DNA of 64,000 nucleotides from Candidatus Gastranaerophilales bacterium (GTDB lineage Bacteria; Cyanobacteriota; Vampirovibrionia; Gastranaerophilales; CAJFVJ01): NCBI GenBank assembly GCA_944323485.1, contig CALUSR010000003.1, positions 201,466 to 265,465 of the forward strand, read 5' to 3'. Shown piece by piece: positions 53,995 to 64,000 of this stretch (position 1 is its first letter; each line of letters starts with the position of its first letter). The notes under the pieces were generated by a model. It saw only the letters and a program-made list of their open reading frames with translations, ran no database searches and was not told where the DNA came from. The position numbers and the translations under genes were made by a program.

Positions 53995-55217
53995 TTATAG
54001 ATTATTCGATACAACAGTTTAATAAACAGGGAAAAATTCTATGCGGCGACAGCATAGAAGTGTTTGAAGACGAAAACAGCAAGATATTTGTCCTCTCTGA
54101 CGGTTTAGGCAGCGGGGTGAAGGCGAATATTTCTTCGACTTATACAAAGATTATTCTCTCAAAATTTTTGATGAATAACATGCCTCTTGAGCAGAGCGTC
54201 AAAGTTCTGAAGAATATTCTTCCTACATGCCGGGAGAGGAAAATAGCTTACTCGACTTTTACGGTCATACAAATTTTCAATGACCTGAGAGTTAGGATTA
54301 TTGAATATGACAACCCGCTTGTGTTTTATTTCAATCATCTAAAGTTGAAAGAGTATGAAAGAAAGAAAATAGTCTGCGAAGGAGAAGATATTTTTATCAG
54401 TGATTTTCGCATAGAAAAAGATGACTTTCTTGTCCTTGCAAGTGATGGTTTGGTTCAGGCAGGAAGAGGAAAATTATTGAAAGACGGCTGGGGATGGGAT
54501 AGAGTTGCACTGTTTTTGGAACAGTCGCTCCAGATACATCCATCAAGCGAAAACATTTCCCATAGTCTTATTCACTATGCAAAATATATAGAAAACGGTT
54601 CTCTTTCTGATGATATCACAATCCTTGTCATAAATCCCCGTGACAGAGTTCAGCTGAATATAGCTATAGGACCTCCCAAAAGCGAAAGTGATGATAAGAA
54701 ATATGTAGAATCTTTCTGCGCATGCGACGGACAAAAAATTCTCTGCGGGGGAACAACGGCAAAAGTTTTCGCAAGAGTTCTAAACAAAAAACTCACAGTC
54801 GATCAAAATCAGTTTGTGAACGATATACCTGCAAAATCCCATCTTGACGGTTTTGATTTGGTAAGCGAAGGAGTTCTCACCCTCGAAAAAGTCGTAAAGT
54901 GGTTTGATTTTACGCATGAGTTTGATTTTCAGTATGAATATATCAAATCACTGCATGACATAAACAAAATCTACGGATTCAAAACACCATCGCAAAATAA
55001 CATAAAAGAAATCAAACTCGTAAAAAGAGAACCTGACAATCCTGTCGAAGAAATAATTTTTATGCTCAAAAAAGCCGATGATATAAACTTCTTTCTCGGG
55101 AAAGCATCAAATTATAACAACGGCAAATACAGCTCTGATGAGAAAAATGCCATAATCAATAAGCTGATTGAAAAACTCAAAGAGCAGAACAAAAATGTTA
55201 CCGTAACAGAGTTCTAA
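53991..55217 (+). CDS. PP2C/SpoIIE-family serine phosphatase with an unknown C-terminal domain
   Basis: GDSIEVFEDENSKIFVLSDGLGSGVKA and LVLASDGLVQAG motifs. It overlaps the hydS-like gene by 4 nt. Confidence 0.75.
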   Translation: MIIDYSIQQFNKQGKILCGDSIEVFEDENSKIFVLSDGLGSGVKANISSTYTKIILSKFLMNNMPLEQSVKVLKNILPTCRERKIAYSTFTVIQIFNDLRVRIIEYDNPLVFYFNHLKLKEYERKKIVCEGEDIFISDFRIEKDDFLVLASDGLVQAGRGKLLKDGWGWDRVALFLEQSLQIHPSSENISHSLIHYAKYIENGSLSDDITILVINPRDRVQLNIAIGPPKSESDDKKYVESFCACDGQKILCGGTTAKVFARVLNKKLTVDQNQFVNDIPAKSHLDGFDLVSEGVLTLEKVVKWFDFTHEFDFQYEYIKSLHDINKIYGFKTPSQNNIKEIKLVKREPDNPVEEIIFMLKKADDINFFLGKASNYNNGKYSSDEKNAIINKLIEKLKEQNKNVTVTEF

Positions 55218-55678
55218 TCAATCGCATTCAACACTTCGTCAACATGCCCTTTGACTTTGACCTTTCTCCAGAAAGCTTTCACTTTCATATCTTTGTCAAT
55301 GAGGAATGTTGAGCGGATAATCCCGAAATATTTACGCCCGTACATGCTCTTTTCGCCCCAGGCGCCGAAAATCTCAGACACTTTATGCTCGCTGTCAGAT
55401 AAAAGAATGAAGTTGAGCGATTGTTTTTCTCTGAATTTTTTGTGGCTGGCAACGCTGTCAGGGCTTACGCCGATGACGACCGCTTTTGATGTAAGACGGT
55501 TCATATTATCCCTGAAGTCACAAGCTTCCTGAGTGCAGCCCGAGGTATTATCTTTCGGATAGAAATACAAAACAATATCTTTTCCCTTGAAGTCGTAGAG
55601 CGAAAATTCCTTTTCAACACCGTTTTCATCAATTCCCGGAAGAGTAAAATTTTCAACAACACTGTCTTTTTCTATCAT
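55214..55678 (-). CDS. bcp: thioredoxin-dependent peroxiredoxin Bcp
   Basis: YFYPKDNTSGCTQEAC peroxidatic and resolving Cys motif. Confidence 0.85.
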   Translation of the reverse strand: MIEKDSVVENFTLPGIDENGVEKEFSLYDFKGKDIVLYFYPKDNTSGCTQEACDFRDNMNRLTSKAVVIGVSPDSVASHKKFREKQSLNFILLSDSEHKVSEIFGAWGEKSMYGRKYFGIIRSTFLIDKDMKVKAFWRKVKVKGHVDEVLNAID

Positions 55679-55680
55679 TG

Positions 55681-57489
55681 TTAGTTAAACCTCGTTCTTG
55701 TCAAATCGGCTTTTCTCATTCTTACATTCTGGGGGGTAACTTCAACAAGCTCATCATCAGAAATATATTCGAGACATTCTTCGAGTGACATAATTCTCGG
55801 AGCCTGCAGAGTAACCATAACATCGGCCGTAGCACTTCTCATGTTTGTAAGTTTTTTTGTTTTGCAAACATTGACTGCTATATCCTGCTGACGATTACCT
55901 TCGCCGACAATCATCCCTTTATAGACTTTTGTTTTGGGAGTTACAAAGAAAACTCCCCTGTCCTCAAACTGGTGAAGTGCATAAGGAATTGCTTCACCTT
56001 CTTCATGAGCAATGAGTGAGCCGCTTCTTTGACGAGGAATATCTCCCGCATAGACATCATATTTATTAAAGGTGTGATACATGATGCCCTCTCCTTTTGT
56101 CATTCTAATGAACTCATTTCTGAATCCTATCAGCCCTCTTGCAGGAATGTTGAATTTCAGATGTGTTCTTATGCCGTTTGAGTGCATATCTGTCATCTGT
56201 GCTTTTCTTGAGGCAAGTCTTTCAATTGTTGAACCTGCAAAATTATCAGGAACATCAACAATCAGATTTTCATAGGGTTCAAGAGTTTCTCCGTTTTCTT
56301 CTTTGAATATAACCTCGGGTTTTGAAACCTGAAATTCATACCCTTCTCTTCTCATTGTTTCGATAAGAATGCCCAAGTGCAGTTCGCCTCTTCCGCTTAC
56401 TCTGAAAACATCAGTACTGTCTGTATCTTCGACTCTCAAGCTTACATTTTTTTCGAGTTCGTCATAGAGTCTTTTTCTCAACTGTCTTGATGTGACGAAT
56501 TTACCTTCCTGACCGGCAAATGGGCTGTCATTAACTGAAAAATTCATCTGCAAAGTAGGCTCATCTATTTTTATCAGAGGAAGTGCCTCGGGATTTGAGA
56601 GAGAAGAGATTGTCTCCCCTATTTGGATATCTGCAAAACCAGCAATTCCAACAATATCTCCGGCAAAAGCTTCCTGTATTTCAACACGTCCGAGGTCCTT
56701 AAAACCGAAGAGTTTTACGACTTTGCCTCTTGTGATGCTACCATCAGCCTTAATCAAAGACACCTGTTCCTGTGATTTTATACAACCGTTGATTATTCTT
56801 CCGATAGCTATTCTTCCGACATACTCATTATAATCAAGAGTAGTGACATGGAACTGAAGGTTTGCGTTAACATCGCCTTTCGGAGGTTTTATGTTTTTGA
56901 CAATACACTCCATAAGAGGCTCTATTGTTGTGCTGTCATCATCAAGTTCGTTCTTTGCAAATCCCATCAGACTGCTTGCATAAACTATAGGAAAATCTAT
57001 CAGTTCTTCGTTATCAGTAAGCTCGGTGAACAAATCAAAGACTTTATCAAGCGCTCTATCAGGATCTGCACCTTTTTTGTCTATTTTATTAATAACAACA
57101 ATTATTCTCAAACCGAGTTCAAGCGCTTTTGATAAAACAAATCTTGTCTGCGGCATAGGACCTTCTGCTGCATCAACAATAAGCAATGCCCCATCGACCA
57201 TACCGAGAACACGTTCGACTTCACCGCCAAAATCTGCGTGCCCGGGAGTATCAACTACATTTATTGTATATCCCTTGTAATCAATAGATATATTCTTTGC
57301 AAGGATTGTTATTCCTCTTTCTTTTTCCAAATCATTTGAGTCAAGAACTCTTTCCTGCACATGCTGATTTTCTCTGAATGCTCCGCTTTGTTTGAGCATG
57401 CAGTCAACCAACGTTGTTTTGCCATGGTCAACATGGGCGATTATTGCTATGTTTCTAAGCTTTTCTATATTTCTTGTCATCGTTTTCAT
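55681..57489 (-). CDS. typA: translational GTPase TypA/BipA
   Basis: [11 protein letters not shown]1, DTPGHADF G3, NKID G4, and a full-length 602-aa EF-G-like architecture. Confidence 0.95.
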   Translation of the reverse strand: MKTMTRNIEKLRNIAIIAHVDHGKTTLVDCMLKQSGAFRENQHVQERVLDSNDLEKERGITILAKNISIDYKGYTINVVDTPGHADFGGEVERVLGMVDGALLIVDAAEGPMPQTRFVLSKALELGLRIIVVINKIDKKGADPDRALDKVFDLFTELTDNEELIDFPIVYASSLMGFAKNELDDDSTTIEPLMECIVKNIKPPKGDVNANLQFHVTTLDYNEYVGRIAIGRIINGCIKSQEQVSLIKADGSITRGKVVKLFGFKDLGRVEIQEAFAGDIVGIAGFADIQIGETISSLSNPEALPLIKIDEPTLQMNFSVNDSPFAGQEGKFVTSRQLRKRLYDELEKNVSLRVEDTDSTDVFRVSGRGELHLGILIETMRREGYEFQVSKPEVIFKEENGETLEPYENLIVDVPDNFAGSTIERLASRKAQMTDMHSNGIRTHLKFNIPARGLIGFRNEFIRMTKGEGIMYHTFNKYDVYAGDIPRQRSGSLIAHEEGEAIPYALHQFEDRGVFFVTPKTKVYKGMIVGEGNRQQDIAVNVCKTKKLTNMRSATADVMVTLQAPRIMSLEECLEYISDDELVEVTPQNVRMRKADLTRTRFN

Positions 57490-57636
57490 CTTTTGCCTCT
57501 GGTTTATCTCTTACTTATTTTTTACCATAAATAAGAATAATATCTAAGAACTTAGGAAAATTTTGGTTATAAAATATTAAGCCCGCCTGTCTTTCTATAA
57601 GCAGCCGATTGTATTTTTATCGATTGAAAAATGAGT

Positions 57637-58974
57637 TTAGGCTTTCTTGGCAAAGTTCAAATACTGTTTTGTTGCCACCCTTCTTTTGAAATCATCCATA
57701 TTTTTCGGAGAATAAGGGTTTATGAAAGTTTTAACGGTTATATTATCAGGGTCATTCTTGTGGTCATGGTCATATCTGTACTGCGTGAACACACGTGAAA
57801 TACCCGCAACAAACAGCCCCATAAATCCAAGACTAAAGAGGAACGGAACACCTGAGATAATAGCTTTTTGTTTTGTCAGTTTTGCAAATTCACCTTCAAC
57901 ACTTGATTTATTTTGTTTGGCAAGTTTTTCAGCTATTTGAGGAAGTTCTGAAAACTTTGGAACATCAAGATTTGGTTTAATTATATTCTTGTATGAGTCT
58001 TTGTTTTTCAGAATTTTTTTGAAGCCTTTTTCAAACAGCTCGCTGCCCGTGATTACATAGAAGCCTACAAGTGGATATCTGAAAAGAGTTTCAAGGAAAT
58101 TTTGTTTTCCTCTGTCTTTTGACGCTCCAAAATAACCTGCCCCGCCTATAACAACACATGACGTCAGCTGCCCTCTGCTCAATGCAAGTTTGCCGTTGTT
58201 ATCAGCAAAATCTATACTGAAATATTTATTCACAAAATCTGCATGCTTCTTGTTATTTGGAAAGAGCTTATTTCCGGGATCGAGCAGTGCATCACTAAAT
58301 GATTGCAAAGCTTTCGAACTCTGACCCTTTTTCACCAGAAGCATAGAAGCTCCAAGACATCCTCCAAACAATGCTGCAGCCGTTGCAATATTTCTGATTG
58401 CACTTTTTTTAACTTTTGTTTTTGTTTCGTCTTTTTCCGTTTTGCCATTCTTGTTCAGGTTTGCAATATTGTCAAAGTCTGCCTGTTTGAATACTTTCAG
58501 CGTAAAAAGATTTTTGATGTAATTCAAAGAAAACTCCGTCAAAGGAATAGCCATGCAGCTCAATGAAATTGCGGCTTTAACCGGTGCCAGTTTTTTCAGC
58601 CCGCCGTTTTGAAGAAGAGTCTTATCTTTCTTCAGTTCGGCAAGAGGTTTTGAAACTTTCTCTCCTAAAGATTGTCCGAGATTTTTTGAGTAAGCTTTCC
58701 TGAAAACATTCTCCCCTAAAATCTTCGGGCAGTAATAAACAAGAAAACTCTCGGCAAATTCAAGAAAAGAAGTTTCGGCAAAGTCAGCTTTGCTGCGTGA
58801 GAATATAGCTTTCGGTGCCCAGTTTGTAACAGTATCCTGTACAAATCTGATGTTTGATAAAGCATTGGCTCCCTCTTGACTTGCCATAAGTTTTGCTACA
58901 GGTTTCAGTGCACCCGGCAGAGTGTTTATAAGTTTTTGAGGATTTGTTCCAAAAGTTATATTATTTGTTTTCAT
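57637..58974 (-). CDS. hypothetical membrane-associated protein (445 aa)
   Basis: Long ORF with a few hydrophobic segments and no motif I recognise. It is preceded by a WWW leader ORF and terminator. Confidence 0.5.
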   Translation of the reverse strand: MKTNNITFGTNPQKLINTLPGALKPVAKLMASQEGANALSNIRFVQDTVTNWAPKAIFSRSKADFAETSFLEFAESFLVYYCPKILGENVFRKAYSKNLGQSLGEKVSKPLAELKKDKTLLQNGGLKKLAPVKAAISLSCMAIPLTEFSLNYIKNLFTLKVFKQADFDNIANLNKNGKTEKDETKTKVKKSAIRNIATAAALFGGCLGASMLLVKKGQSSKALQSFSDALLDPGNKLFPNNKKHADFVNKYFSIDFADNNGKLALSRGQLTSCVVIGGAGYFGASKDRGKQNFLETLFRYPLVGFYVITGSELFEKGFKKILKNKDSYKNIIKPNLDVPKFSELPQIAEKLAKQNKSSVEGEFAKLTKQKAIISGVPFLFSLGFMGLFVAGISRVFTQYRYDHDHKNDPDNITVKTFINPYSPKNMDDFKRRVATKQYLNFAKKA

Positions 58975-59004
58975 ATGTGTTCATTTCCCTGTTAAATATC
59001 TTCT

Positions 59005-59038
59005 AAAAAAAGTGACCTGCATAATAAATACAGGTCAC
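59005..59038 (-). terminator. intrinsic terminator (candidate attenuator) 30 nt upstream of the 57637..58974 gene
   Basis: On the minus strand: GTGACCTG-tatttattatg-CAGGTCAC followed by TTTTTTT. Confidence 0.6.
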
Positions 59039-59059
59039 TTTGATAACTTTAAAAAATAT

Positions 59060-59140
59060 TTAACGCCAACAAAACGTGCCTGTATCCTGATACAGCCACC
59101 ACCAGCTTAAGTTAATATAGTTTTGTTGTTGAATTTTCAT
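59060..59140 (-). CDS. candidate leader peptide MKIQQQNYINLSWWWLYQDTGTFCWR
   Basis: 26-codon ORF behind an AGGAAA RBS, with three consecutive TGG codons (59096..59104) immediately upstream of alternative hairpins. Confidence 0.4.
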   Translation of the reverse strand: MKIQQQNYINLSWWWLYQDTGTFCWR

Positions 59141-59250
59141 AGAATTTCCTGTTCACACTTGTTATAAAACAAAACAAAAAATTATTTGCTACCTGATTAG
59201 TATAATATTAAAAAAAATAAAATCAATACTTTTTCTGGTATTATACAACC

Positions 59251-61008
59251 CTAGAGATTCTGTGTAGATTGTGCAACTGTTTGAAGCGGAACACCCACTA
59301 CTCTTTCAAGATTAGCAGCAGCAATATTGTAGTTCAATAAAGAGTTGTAATAGTCAAGCTGGGCATTACGATAAGTCGTTTCTGCATCTTTCAATTCGAT
59401 TACATCTCCCAAACCAACTTTATATCTGCCGCTTGCAAGATTATACTGTTCTTCTGCGTTCTGCATAGATAATCTTGCAACAGGAACTGATTCTTTTGCG
59501 TTATTGAGCTGAATATAAGCCTGTTTAACTTCTAAATACACATTTTGTCTTGTTTTTTCGAGGTCAGCGGCATCTTTTTTGTAGGTAGCACGAGCCTCTT
59601 CAACCTGCTTTTTCAACAAGTACAAGTTCGTTGTTGTATACTGCAGCTGTGCACCAAATTGATAACCATAGTCATCAGCTGCTGATTTACCGCCTGATGT
59701 GTAGCTGCCAAAAGCATTAATATCAGGAGCAAATGCTCTTTTTGAAGACCTTATCAAAAGTTTTGATGCATCAGCTTTTTTCTTCGCAGCAAGATACTCA
59801 GGTCGTGTTTCATAAGCTTTTTGGATTGCATCATCAAAACTCAGAGAATATGCCTTGCTGTCAAACTGGTCATTTACATCATAATTTGCATACTCTGGCA
59901 AGCCCATTGCGTTATTCAATTGAGCGTATGCCATATCAATAGTATTCTTTGCCTTAATGTAATTGAGTTTTGCATTACCCAAATTGTATTCCGCCGTTAT
60001 AACATCAATTTTGGGTCTTGTTCCGATGTTGTAAAAAGCCTGAGCCTGTGCAAGGTGTGTTTCATAGGCTTTCACTGTAGAGTCATAAACATGCTCCTGT
60101 TGAATTGAAAAAAGCAGGTTATAATACGCTTCTTTTACGCTGTATACAACTTCGTTTATGCTCGTTTGAATATTATCTTTTGATGCCTCATAAGTTTTCT
60201 TTGCTATATCAGCCTTTGCCTTGGTTTTTCCAAAGTCAAACAAAAGCAAATTAGCGGTAATATTAGGCATCTGGTACTGGTTGTAAGTTTGCGCCGGAAA
60301 TTTAAAGTTAGTGACAAGCATATCATTTCTCGAATATCCGACACTTGCACCAAGAGTCGGGAAGTAAGCTGCCCATGCCTGTCCGATTCTTGTTTTATAA
60401 ATTTCAGCATCGCTGATAGCAGAACGAATAGAAGGGTTGTTTGCAAGAGCAGCCTTGATACAGTCATCAATTGAGATGATTGCATGCTGCTCTACAGAGC
60501 CTTGTATTATCTGAGGAGAAGCTTCCGTATTTGAAGCAGTATCAGTTACCTGAATAACTTCTTCTTTCTCAAGTTTTTCCTGTTTTTTCTTTTTCTTTTT
60601 TACTTTTTTGTTTGCAGAAGCAACGGTTTTTGCATTTTCTTCAGCAGAAGCACCTACAGGTTCAACTATTTTTTGCTCAACAGGTTGTAGTGTATCCTTT
60701 GTTGTTTCTTCTGCAAGTTCTGTTTTTTCTTTTTTCTTGGATTTGAAGAAAAAGAATCTTCTCTTTTCCTTTGGAGCTGCTTTTTGTGTCGCAGAGGCTG
60801 TTTCCTCGACAGTCTTGGCAGCTTCCGTTTTTATGACAGGAGATGACTCAGGAGCAGATTCAAACACCGGTTCTTTTTCTGCCTGAACGCTCACTACTTC
60901 TGTTTTTATATTGGAATTTTCGACTTTTTGCTCAGTCCCTTGAGCAAAAACTCCATTTATATTAAGCGTTGATAAAACCAATGCTATAATAAAAATCTTC
61001 TTTTTCAT
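59251..61008 (-). CDS. TolC-family outer membrane efflux protein with a long low-complexity N-terminal extension
   Basis: Signal peptide, about 170 aa of E/K/T/A-rich sequence, then two TolC-like repeat halves. It lies directly downstream of an RND pump gene. Confidence 0.8.
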   Translation of the reverse strand: MKKKIFIIALVLSTLNINGVFAQGTEQKVENSNIKTEVVSVQAEKEPVFESAPESSPVIKTEAAKTVEETASATQKAAPKEKRRFFFFKSKKKEKTELAEETTKDTLQPVEQKIVEPVGASAEENAKTVASANKKVKKKKKKQEKLEKEEVIQVTDTASNTEASPQIIQGSVEQHAIISIDDCIKAALANNPSIRSAISDAEIYKTRIGQAWAAYFPTLGASVGYSRNDMLVTNFKFPAQTYNQYQMPNITANLLLFDFGKTKAKADIAKKTYEASKDNIQTSINEVVYSVKEAYYNLLFSIQQEHVYDSTVKAYETHLAQAQAFYNIGTRPKIDVITAEYNLGNAKLNYIKAKNTIDMAYAQLNNAMGLPEYANYDVNDQFDSKAYSLSFDDAIQKAYETRPEYLAAKKKADASKLLIRSSKRAFAPDINAFGSYTSGGKSAADDYGYQFGAQLQYTTTNLYLLKKQVEEARATYKKDAADLEKTRQNVYLEVKQAYIQLNNAKESVPVARLSMQNAEEQYNLASGRYKVGLGDVIELKDAETTYRNAQLDYYNSLLNYNIAAANLERVVGVPLQTVAQSTQNL

Positions 61009-61029
61009 ACGTTCCTCTTATGCTTAATT

Positions 61030-64000
61030 TTAATTTGTTTTTTCCTTAGCTGAAAATTTATTCATAAAGTAATCCGTCATGCTCTGAACAATTACATAAA
61101 ACCCCGGAGTCAGCAATGTTCCGATGAAACCGGCTGCAAGCATACCGCCGAATACAGTAGAACCTACAGAAATACGGCTGACAGCACCTGCTCCATGAGC
61201 CCATACAAGAGGCAATACACCTATTACGAAAGCAAGAACCGTCATCATAATCGCCCTAAATCTCAATCTTGCCGCTTCTATAGCTGCTTCTTCAATAGAG
61301 AACCCTTGTTCTTCATGAAGAACTTTTGCAAATTCTACAATCAGGATTGCCTGTTTTGCAGAAAGACCAATCAGGGTAATCATACCGACCTGAGAATACA
61401 GGTCAAAAGACTGTCCGATTACTGCCTGGAACAATAGGGCCCCGACTACAGCTACCGGAGTAATCAACATAACCGCTATAGGTATTGTCCAGCTTTCATA
61501 CAGAGCAACCAGGAACAAATAAACAAATATCAAAGACAGGGTAATAATATATGTTGTTTGTCCTGCTGATTCAAGTTCCTGTTTTGATGTACCGGACCAT
61601 TCATATCCAATGTCCTGAGGAAGAGTTTCTTTGACTATTTCTTCCATAGCCTTCATCGCTTCACCTGAACTGCGTCCTTCTGCAGGGTTTCCGTTGAACT
61701 GAACTGATCTGTACTGGTTATAACGGGTAATTGACGGTGCACCTACCGACTGTTTCAAAGTAACCATCGTAGATAGAGGTACCATCGTTCCTTGATTATT
61801 TTTGATATAAATATTTGCTATATCATTTGCATTTCTTCTGAATGGTTGTTGAGCCTGAAGCTGAACACGGAATACACGTCCGAGTTTGTTAAAATCGTTG
61901 ACATAATAAGTACCCCATGTTGACGAGAAAGTTGAATAAATCTCGCTCAAATTCACACCCTGTGCAAGAGCTTTATCATAGTCAATTTCCACGATATACT
62001 GAGGCATATTTGCCTGATAAGTTGTAAATACTCTTGAAAGACGCTTATCCTGATTTGCTGCTATCATCAAATCAGTTGCGTACTGCTCGAGCTCCTGAGG
62101 TGTGTACTCGCCTTTTGAAAGCATCTGCAATTCGAAACCGCCTAACAAGCTCATACCGGAAATCGGTGGAGGAAGAATTACGTAAATCGTTGCCTCATTA
62201 ATATGAGCGATAGCTTTATTTATCTGCTCAGACATCGCATTTGCTGATAAATCCGTTGGTTTCCCCTGCGATTTTCTTATCATTTTTTGGATAAAATTAA
62301 ATTCTCTATCACCCCATTCATCAAGCTCCATTACGACAAAAGCCGTATTTGTTGCCCCCATACCGACAAATGTAATTGTTCTGTGGATACCTTCCATCGG
62401 TGTAACGGTATCCTCTACTTCTTTGGCAACTGCAAGAGTTCTTGACATAGAGGCACCGGGCGGCAGCGTAATCTGAGCAAGGAGAACACCTTCATCTTCC
62501 GTCGGAATAAAACCTGTTGAAGCAGTCTTGAAAAGTACTCCTGCTGCTATACACAGAGCAATAAATGTAACTATAGTAAGCTTTTTGTTGTATACATATT
62601 TTTTTGTATATTTTACATAAAAATCGGTTGCTTCCTGAAATTTTTTGTCAAACCAATCAAAGAACGCAAAACGTTTTTGAGAATGTTTCATCATAGTTGC
62701 GCACAATGCCGGAGAGAGAGAAAGAGCACAAACAGCCGATAAAAGAATTGAAACAGAAATACATACAGCAAACTGTTTGTACATCAAACCTGACAACCCC
62801 GGAACAAACATAACCGGAACAAATACGGCTGTCAGAACGAGAGCCATCGCAACAAGTGCACCGCCTACTTCTTCCATAGTCAGCTGGGTAGCTTCAACAG
62901 CAGATTTCCCCTCTTCCATGTGTCGTTTGACGTTTTCAATTACAACAATTGCGTCATCAACAACCGTCGCAACAGCAAGAACCATCGCAAACAAGGTTAA
63001 AAGGTTTATTGACATCCCGAACATCGATATAAAAATGAACGTTCCTATCAATGAAACAGGAATTGCAAGAAGAGGAACAAGAGTTGAGCGCTTATCCCCC
63101 AAAAACAAATAGATAATCAGCACAACGATAAACGAAGTTTCAAAAATTGTTTTGACTACCTCTTTCATAGATTCGATGATAAACTTCGTATCATCTTTCA
63201 GCACCTTAACCTCAATCCCCTGAGGAAGTGTAGGCTGAAGTTCTTCTATTTTCTTATAAACTTCACGTGCAATATTAACAGCATTTGCACCGGGAACCTG
63301 AATAACCTGCATAACAGCACCCGGTTTACCGTTTACACGACCGATATTGCTGTATGTTTGTGCTCCAAGTTCAACTGTTGCCACGTCTTTTATTTTGATT
63401 TTTGATCCGTCCATATTTGAGCGGACGATAATATTTTCAAATTCTTCAGGTTCAAGGAGCCTTCCCTTTGTTCTCAGGGTCATTTGCAGCTTCTGAGGTT
63501 CATCACCTGGTTCTTGCCCGAAGGCGCCTGCTGATACCTGAACGTTTTGAGTTTGAATTGCCTGTTGGATTTCAGTTACGGAAACGTTCAAGTTAGCCAT
63601 CTTTATCGGATTAAGCCAAATTCTCATACTGTAGTCGCCTGCGCCGTAGACCCCTACTTCACCGACTCCGTATAAACGGGCTATTTCATCCTTAACAAAA
63701 ATTGATGCGTAGTTTGAAATATAAAGCTGGTCATAAGTATTATCAGGAGATGACACACCAACGATAACGACACCGGCACCATCCACCTGTTGTTTAGCTG
63801 TAACACCCAAACGTTTTACATCTTCTGGCAGCTTTGGAGTTACCTGCTGAACACGGTTTTGAACGTTAACAAGGTCAATATCCTTATCAGAACCAACTTT
63901 GAAATAAACTTTCAATCTGTAAGTTTCATCAGAACTGGTTGAAACCATATATAACATGTTTTCAACACCGTTGACCTGCGCCTCGATGACAGAGGCAACT
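61030..64000 (-). CDS. RND (AcrB/HAE1-type) efflux transporter, 5' end outside window
   Basis: The ORF stays open to the window edge. The upstream frame reads ..[23 protein letters not shown].., typical of the AcrB porter domain, and 12-TM RND topology follows. Confidence 0.9.
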   Translation of the reverse strand, partial: VASVIEAQVNGVENMLYMVSTSSDETYRLKVYFKVGSDKDIDLVNVQNRVQQVTPKLPEDVKRLGVTAKQQVDGAGVVIVGVSSPDNTYDQLYISNYASIFVKDEIARLYGVGEVGVYGAGDYSMRIWLNPIKMANLNVSVTEIQQAIQTQNVQVSAGAFGQEPGDEPQKLQMTLRTKGRLLEPEEFENIIVRSNMDGSKIKIKDVATVELGAQTYSNIGRVNGKPGAVMQVIQVPGANAVNIAREVYKKIEELQPTLPQGIEVKVLKDDTKFIIESMKEVVKTIFETSFIVVLIIYLFLGDKRSTLVPLLAIPVSLIGTFIFISMFGMSINLLTLFAMVLAVATVVDDAIVVIENVKRHMEEGKSAVEATQLTMEEVGGALVAMALVLTAVFVPVMFVPGLSGLMYKQFAVCISVSILLSAVCALSLSPALCATMMKHSQKRFAFFDWFDKKFQEATDFYVKYTKKYVYNKKLTIVTFIALCIAAGVLFKTASTGFIPTEDEGVLLAQITLPPGASMSRTLAVAKEVEDTVTPMEGIHRTITFVGMGATNTAFVVMELDEWGDREFNFIQKMIRKSQGKPTDLSANAMSEQINKAIAHINEATIYVILPPPISGMSLLGGFELQMLSKGEYTPQELEQYATDLMIAANQDKRLSRVFTTYQANMPQYIVEIDYDKALAQGVNLSEIYSTFSSTWGTYYVNDFNKLGRVFRVQLQAQQPFRRNANDIANIYIKNNQGTMVPLSTMVTLKQSVGAPSITRYNQYRSVQFNGNPAEGRSSGEAMKAMEEIVKETLPQDIGYEWSGTSKQELESAGQTTYIITLSLIFVYLFLVALYESWTIPIAVMLITPVAVVGALLFQAVIGQSFDLYSQVGMITLIGLSAKQAILIVEFAKVLHEEQGFSIEEAAIEAARLRFRAIMMTVLAFVIGVLPLVWAHGAGAVSRISVGSTVFGGMLAAGFIGTLLTPGFYVIVQSMTDYFMNKFSAKEKTN

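Noticed and set aside
17524-58974. Shared N-terminal motif between the ART-like protein (..DTVSFGNSS..) and the 445-aa unknown protein (..NNITFGTNP..), possibly a secretion tag
   Set aside because: Only about 4 residues match, in different N-terminal contexts. This is too weak to support any claim without a genome-wide survey.
1-64000. Search for further CRISPR repeats, rRNA, tmRNA, RNase P or known riboswitch cores in the longer intergenic regions
   Set aside because: I recognised none by eye, apart from the single Cas12a-type repeat and tRNA-His. A covariance-model scan (Infernal/Rfam) would be needed to exclude them.

Overview
AT-rich bacterial chromosome segment. The gene content suggests an anaerobe (AdhE, an [FeFe]-hydrogenase-like sensor, a small ferredoxin, Na+-pumping oxaloacetate decarboxylase, nitroreductases) with a diderm envelope (RND pump, TolC-like protein, CreD). 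The taxon cannot be assigned from sequence alone.

Core blocks:
- mscS-like/ferredoxin/deoB/rmuC
- a small glycan cluster (acyltransferase, flippase, GT2)
- HAD/creD/nitroreductases/EamA/ClC
- Ski2-like helicase and a K+/H+ antiporter
- birA-oadGAB-pckA
- uppP/GNAT/nadA
- a complete seven-gene arginine operon, argFGHCJBD
- adhE, divergent from a HydS-like sensor plus PP2C phosphatase
- bcp/typA
- a TolC-like gene and a 5'-truncated AcrB-like gene

Accessory DNA lies downstream of tRNA-His (about 9.1-18.8 kb):
- a ~4.2 kb serine-recombinase element bounded by a repeated tRNA 3' core
- a remnant of a type V-A CRISPR-Cas locus: 24 cas12a codons plus one canonical Cas12a repeat, still behind a good promoter
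- a CI/Cro-like switch with exported cargo
- a WYL regulator next to a putative ADP-ribosyltransferase

Other hand-found signals:
- two leader-peptide attenuators: RRR before argF, and WWW before an unknown 445-aa protein
- a MITE with perfect 19-bp inverted ends in two copies, plus related REP-like modules
- a 140-bp duplication of the argD 3' end bracketing decayed mobile-element gene fragments
- Rex/CRP-type palindromes in the adhE-hydS intergenic region
- a secreted 16-Cys CxC peptide

Three short genes fall below the ORF-track cutoff or lack a stop in the window and were read by eye: the 58-aa ferredoxin, the leader peptides, and the partial gene at the left edge. All functional calls rest on motif recognition, not on searches. 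Hand-derived coordinates may be off by a base or two.
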